This document shows, piece after piece, positions 15,153 to 20,000 of a DNA stretch of 20,000 nucleotides. A program made the position numbers and the translations under genes. Position 1 is the stretch's first letter. The number at the start of each line of letters is the position of its first letter. The DNA is from an uncultured virus (IMG/VR IMGVR_UViG_3300000302_000058) (taxonomy: Duplodnaviria; Heunggongvirae; Uroviricota; Caudoviricetes): IMG/VR virus record IMGVR_UViG_3300000302_000058, one strand, 5' to 3'. The notes under the pieces are model-generated. The model made no database searches. It was not told where the DNA came from and saw nothing but the letters and a program-made list of their open reading frames with translations.

Positions 15153-18100
15153 TACAATTTCTTATAATTTGCGTACCACTCTTGATGCTAGTGGTATTAC
15201 TCAACTCCAAGGTCAGTTGTCTTCTATTAATACTCAACTTGACCAAATGGCAAAAAAGGAGTTAATTTCTTCTCAAGAAGCTGCTCAAGCTCAAAGACAA
15301 ATCAAGCAATTAGGAGACGCTTTATCATCCTCTCTTAATCCGCAAACTGGACTTCTTGATTTGAGCAAGTTTAAGCAACAATTAAGTGGACTATCTTTGT
15401 CTCAGTTAGAGCAATCTATGAGCAAGGTTGGTGCTACTGGACAAATTGCCTTTGGTAATATGATTGGTCAGATTGGCAGAATGGATACTTCTTTTAAGAG
15501 TATCTCTAGTTTTGCCGATAAAATTTTTAATACTATGGGTAATACTGTTCGTTGGGGTATTACTGCGAGTATTTTCCAAACTATTCAAAACAGTCTTTAT
15601 CGTGCAGTTGATTACGTGCAAGAACTTGATACTTCATTAAACAATATTCGTATTGTAACTAGTGCTTCTAATGAAGATATGCGTAACTTTGCTCTTTACG
15701 CAAACGAAGCCGCACAGGCGATTGGTGCATCTACTACTTCATTTACTGACGCTGCTCAGCTTTATGCTCAAAATGGTTTTAACGAGGAAGATTACACTCG
15801 TCTTGCTGAGATTACAACAAAAGTAGCGAATGTTACCCAACAAAATACTACTGATGTGTCAGAGCAAATCACAGCTTTGATGGAAGGCTATCATATGTCC
15901 ATTGACCAAGTAGAAGATTCTCTTGGTGGGATGGCTGTTGTTGCAGCGGCAAGTGCTGCTGACCTAGAAGAACTTGCAACAGCAGAGCAGAAGGTTGCTT
16001 CTACTGCTAACACTCTCGGTGTTTCTCACGAACAGTTAACTGCTCAAATTGGTACAATTGTTTCTGTTACACGTCAAGCTCCTGAATCTGTTGGTAATGC
16101 TATGCGTACTCTTTACGCTCGTCTGGCAGACCTTCAAATGGGTGAAACTCTAGAGGATGGTACTACTCTCGGCAATCTTTCTGGTACTCTTGCGGAAATT
16201 GGTATTAATGTTATAGACACAGAAGGAAATCTTCGTAGCCTTGGTGATGTACTTGAAGAGCTTCAAGGTAAATGGGGCGATTTAAGTAACGCACAACAGA
16301 TTGCTTTAGGTACTCAACTTGCTGGTAAATATCAATTGAACCCATTTATGGCATTGATGGAAAATGCTGATATGTATCAAGAGCAGTTAGAAATGATGCA
16401 AACTTCTGGTGGTGCTCTTGAAGAACAGCAGTCTATTTATATGGACTCTATTCAAGCAAAAATGCAGCAGCTTACTACTGCAAGCGAGGGTTTAATTAGC
16501 CATTTATTTGACCCGCAAGCTTTTTCTCCTGCTTTAGAAGCTCTTACTAATTTGTTAAATTTAGTGACTGATTTAGTAGATTCTCTCGGTGGTGTAGGTC
16601 CAATTTTAACCAGTATTGGTGGAATTGGTATAAAAGTATTTAGTAATCAATTGGGGCAATCTATTAATAATATGATTACTAATGCTTCTCGTGCTCGTGC
16701 TATTAGAGAAAATGCTGCGAATGCTCCAAAAGTTATTGAAGAACTTGGTGGACTTGGAGATGCAAGCCAACATCAAAGCAGTGCCAATCTTGTAACCTCT
16801 CTTGGTAGCTATCAGAGTCGTATGAGTAAAGAACAACAAGAAGCATATAATGAAACTTTACAGAAAACAGTTAATCTTGAAAATGCTGTTGTAGCGGCTA
16901 AAGATAACCAAAAGCAAGCAGAAGAAGCTTTAACTGCTGCGGCTAGAGAGAGATATAAGACATTAATTACAAACGAGAAAAACGAACAAACAGCTGTTAC
17001 TCCAACTGGTGAAGTAAAGAAAAATGTTTTACGACAAATACAAACGGATATGGCAGGTACTACTAATGCTATCGAAGTTGTTAATCATGCTTTTAAAGAT
17101 TTAGAAAGTGGCACTTCGGCTCGTGGTATGTCTTCTCGAATGTCTAATCGTATTAAAGAGTTGCAAGGAGCATTACAAGGTGTTAATACTGATTTAAGTC
17201 CTATTATTGAAAAAATGAGTGCTTTTTCAAATAGTATGGATGGTTCTCAATTAGACGAAGCGATTGATGAAGCCACTACGGCTTTAATTAGATATAAAAA
17301 AGAATTAGAGAGTATTCAGTCCAATGCTAAGATTGTTGATTCTGCTAGTAAGCAATTTGAACAATCAAAAGCTGCTACTACTCAAGCTGAAGGTGAACTT
17401 GAAAGTAATAAAGGTGTACAGCAATTAGATGTTGAAGGAATTCAACGACAAGCCCAGATACAAGATGTTGCCTCAATGGTTGGTAATATTGGCGAACTGG
17501 CGTTTGCTTGGCAATCTTTCCAAGCTCTTGGTCCTCTTTGGGCAAATGCTGATTTATCTAGTGGAGAAAAAGTTCAGCAGACAATAATGAATCTTCTTAT
17601 GACTGTCCCGCAATTAGTAATGGCCTTTGCAGATATGAAAGAAATTGTTTCGACAACTTCTTTTGGAGATTTAGCAGGAACTTTATCTAATTATAGTAAA
17701 GAAGCGTTTGCTAGTGCTAAAGCTAATTTATCGTTTAGCACCTCTGGTATTGCTGCGGCTGCTTCAAGTGCAGCTATGGGTACTGCTAGTAAACTAGCTT
17801 CTGGTGGTATCAGACTATTGAGTAATGCTTTAAATACTTTAACTGGGCCAATGGGTATTGCTATTACGCTAGGTACCATGCTAGCTTCCACTTTAATTAG
17901 CGCAAGTGAAGCTGCTCGTGAAGCTAGTCTTGATTCGGGTATGGAGCAATATGAAGACGCTCAATCCACAGCTTCTTTAGATTTCTCTGGATTTGATGCT
18001 GCTTATGACGAATACCAAAGAACTGGCAACGTATCGGATAAATTAAAGACTTCTTCTGAACAGCTAGCGGAAAGTTTAGGCATTGTTGGTGCTCAAGCTC

Positions 18101-20000
18101 TTATAAATGCCGATAATTTTGGTGAATTAGCTGACAGAATTAACGAGGCTAAAGAAGCTTCGCAAACAGAAGTAAATCAGGCTGCTAAAAATCAATTTAA
18201 TGCTATTTCAGCAGATACCTCCAGTTATAATTTGTTCGAAGACGATTTTCAACACGCTATTTATGGAGATAGCGCATTCCAGTCTAGAACTGGTATCACT
18301 CAAGATATATTTGGTGGAGATACTAGCGGAATGGATGCTGTTGAAAAATTAGGAGCTATGAACAATGCATTAGAAGAGACTAATGCTAAAATAGAAGAGT
18401 ACCAAAAGCTCCAATCTCAATATGATGAAGATGATATAAACTTCCGTTTTTATGAAGCAAAGATAAAAAAAGAACAAGAATTATATGACCATATTTCAGG
18501 TCTAGCGGCTCAGTATAATTTTGATGATGTTGCTCAAATTGCTCAAGAACAGGCTCAAGCCGCAGAAAACGTATTAGATTCAGCGGATTTCGCAGGAATG
18601 ACTTTAGAAGAAATTGAAGCTGCTCTTACTGATAGACAGGGTGAATACTCTGCTATCGCAAATTATTACGCTACTCTTGGTGATGAAGCTGGTCAAGCAT
18701 ATATAAATTCCCTTATTTCAGCTATTGCTTCAGGTGATTCTGATATTGCATTGCAATATGCTCAACAAAATTTTGCAGATAAATTAAATCAAAAGTTTAC
18801 TAATACTAATCCTGAAGATGTTGCTGGATTGTCTGGGCTTTATGATACTTTGGGTGAAGCTGGCGTAAACACTTCTAATCTTACTGAAGAGCAAATTAGT
18901 GCTATTAACGAAGCAATGACCCAATCAGTTATAGAACAAGTAAATAATTCTTCTCTTTCAGAAGAAGATAAAGCGACTTTGATGAATAATATTGATTGGT
19001 CACAACCTATTGGGGATATTTTAGCACAAATTTCTCAAGCTGTTGATACAGGCAGTGTTGAAGGTGTAATGGTTGGTAATCCTGAAGATTTTATGGATGA
19101 TGAACGTGATGCTCGTTTGGATTCTTACGGTCTTGACGAAGGGATTATTGACACCTATACAGATATACAAAAGCAAACTACTGATTTAGGTTCACGAGAA
19201 GATGAATTAACTCAGCGTTCTCAAGAAGCTGCTGAAGCTGCACAGGAAGTTGCCGATGCTTACGGGGAGACTTCTAAGGAATACAAAGAAGCGGCAAAGG
19301 CTGCTGATGACGCGGAAAGTACACTAGAGGCGTATAATGATACACAAGAAGACCTTGTAGATATGTCTTTACAATCTCAGAAAGGGATGGAAGCTCTTTC
19401 TGAGAGTATCGAAGATAATGCTAAAATTCTTCGTGAAGGGGATACTGACAGTCTTGAATATACTGAAGCGATGGATGATACTCGTCAAGCCGTTGCAGAC
19501 CTTGTAAATGTTAGCAAAGATGATATTTCTCCTCAATTCGTTACAGATAATCTTGACACAATTGAAAAAGCCGCATACGGGGATGTAGAAGCTATTCAAC
19601 AACTTCGTATTGCAGCTGCTAATGAGATTTTAGTTCAAATTAATAAAACTGGCAATCTTACACCTGAGAATTTAGCTTATTTACAGCAAAAAGCTCAAGA
19701 GCTTGCCACAATGAATATCGAACCATATGCCGCAATTAATGATGCTAACTTTATTAATCAATTAAATAATATGATGGCTAACGGTCAAATGACCGCAGAG
19801 CAAGTCCAATCCTATCTAAATTCTATTGGATATGACCCAGTAATGGGAACAGAAACAGTAGATTATACTGCTTTTACTATTCCGGGAAACTCCATTCCTA
19901 TTAATGTGTTAGGTATGGAAGTTGGCTCAATTGATATCCCCGATATTGAAATTCAAGGTAAGACTCAAATGCCAAAGATTGAATCCATTCAATCTATTGG
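15136..20000 (+). CDS. Tail tape measure protein (3'-truncated by window, >1620 aa)
   Basis: TTG 15136 with AGGTGA RBS, frame 1 (MSKFSNTISYNLRTTLDASG...), open to the window end. TP901-type core (VQELDTSLNNIRIVT, SVTRQAPESVGNAMRTLYARL, LRSLGDVLEELQGKW, LAGKYQLNPFMALMEN); Ala/Gln/Glu helical composition with hydrophobic stretches. Confidence 0.9.
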   Translation, partial: MSKFSNTISYNLRTTLDASGITQLQGQLSSINTQLDQMAKKELISSQEAAQAQRQIKQLGDALSSSLNPQTGLLDLSKFKQQLSGLSLSQLEQSMSKVGATGQIAFGNMIGQIGRMDTSFKSISSFADKIFNTMGNTVRWGITASIFQTIQNSLYRAVDYVQELDTSLNNIRIVTSASNEDMRNFALYANEAAQAIGASTTSFTDAAQLYAQNGFNEEDYTRLAEITTKVANVTQQNTTDVSEQITALMEGYHMSIDQVEDSLGGMAVVAAASAADLEELATAEQKVASTANTLGVSHEQLTAQIGTIVSVTRQAPESVGNAMRTLYARLADLQMGETLEDGTTLGNLSGTLAEIGINVIDTEGNLRSLGDVLEELQGKWGDLSNAQQIALGTQLAGKYQLNPFMALMENADMYQEQLEMMQTSGGALEEQQSIYMDSIQAKMQQLTTASEGLISHLFDPQAFSPALEALTNLLNLVTDLVDSLGGVGPILTSIGGIGIKVFSNQLGQSINNMITNASRARAIRENAANAPKVIEELGGLGDASQHQSSANLVTSLGSYQSRMSKEQQEAYNETLQKTVNLENAVVAAKDNQKQAEEALTAAARERYKTLITNEKNEQTAVTPTGEVKKNVLRQIQTDMAGTTNAIEVVNHAFKDLESGTSARGMSSRMSNRIKELQGALQGVNTDLSPIIEKMSAFSNSMDGSQLDEAIDEATTALIRYKKELESIQSNAKIVDSASKQFEQSKAATTQAEGELESNKGVQQLDVEGIQRQAQIQDVASMVGNIGELAFAWQSFQALGPLWANADLSSGEKVQQTIMNLLMTVPQLVMAFADMKEIVSTTSFGDLAGTLSNYSKEAFASAKANLSFSTSGIAAAASSAAMGTASKLASGGIRLLSNALNTLTGPMGIAITLGTMLASTLISASEAAREASLDSGMEQYEDAQSTASLDFSGFDAAYDEYQRTGNVSDKLKTSSEQLAESLGIVGAQALINADNFGELADRINEAKEASQTEVNQAAKNQFNAISADTSSYNLFEDDFQHAIYGDSAFQSRTGITQDIFGGDTSGMDAVEKLGAMNNALEETNAKIEEYQKLQSQYDEDDINFRFYEAKIKKEQELYDHISGLAAQYNFDDVAQIAQEQAQAAENVLDSADFAGMTLEEIEAALTDRQGEYSAIANYYATLGDEAGQAYINSLISAIASGDSDIALQYAQQNFADKLNQKFTNTNPEDVAGLSGLYDTLGEAGVNTSNLTEEQISAINEAMTQSVIEQVNNSSLSEEDKATLMNNIDWSQPIGDILAQISQAVDTGSVEGVMVGNPEDFMDDERDARLDSYGLDEGIIDTYTDIQKQTTDLGSREDELTQRSQEAAEAAQEVADAYGETSKEYKEAAKAADDAESTLEAYNDTQEDLVDMSLQSQKGMEALSESIEDNAKILREGDTDSLEYTEAMDDTRQAVADLVNVSKDDISPQFVTDNLDTIEKAAYGDVEAIQQLRIAAANEILVQINKTGNLTPENLAYLQQKAQELATMNIEPYAAINDANFINQLNNMMANGQMTAEQVQSYLNSIGYDPVMGTETVDYTAFTIPGNSIPINVLGMEVGSIDIPDIEIQGKTQMPKIESIQSI

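Noticed and set aside
170..19602. Minus-strand and short overlapping ORFs in the track
   Set aside because: All are shadows of long + strand genes, with no recognisable RBS or protein motifs.
1..20000. Genome-wide stop codon reassignment (TGA=Trp/Gly or TAG=Gln)
   Set aside because: All genes are intact under code 11, Trp is encoded by TGG, and TAG ends four genes right before the next RBS or terminator. Only one TGA interrupts an apparent coding frame.

Overview
The window is the virion morphogenesis (late) module of a large tailed dsDNA phage. It is probably a siphovirus, since no sheath gene is recognisable. Strong AGGAGG ribosome-binding sites suggest a Bacillota-like host. All credible genes are on the + strand, in this order: 3' end of terminase large subunit, small PD-(D/E)xK nuclease, portal, prohead protease/scaffold (with a 92-nt N gap), capsid accessory protein, major capsid protein (MCP), neck/head-completion genes, major tail protein, two uncharacterised tail-region genes, a homing-endonuclease-like gene, and a tape measure gene of >1600 codons that runs off the window and is absent from the ORF track. 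Three features stand out. (1) The MCP stop is a single in-frame TGA followed directly by a Pro/Glu linker and a 218-aa beta-helix-like domain with no RBS of its own, which suggests stop-codon readthrough giving a decorated capsid subunit. (2) A fixed-spacing motif GGKCAAAW-N5-TWA-N15-TTTSA occurs four times ahead of head and tail gene blocks and is a candidate phage-specific late promoter. (3) An in-frame internal start for a scaffold protein lies inside the protease gene, downstream of one motif copy. Product calls rest on motif recognition and gene order only; no searches were run.
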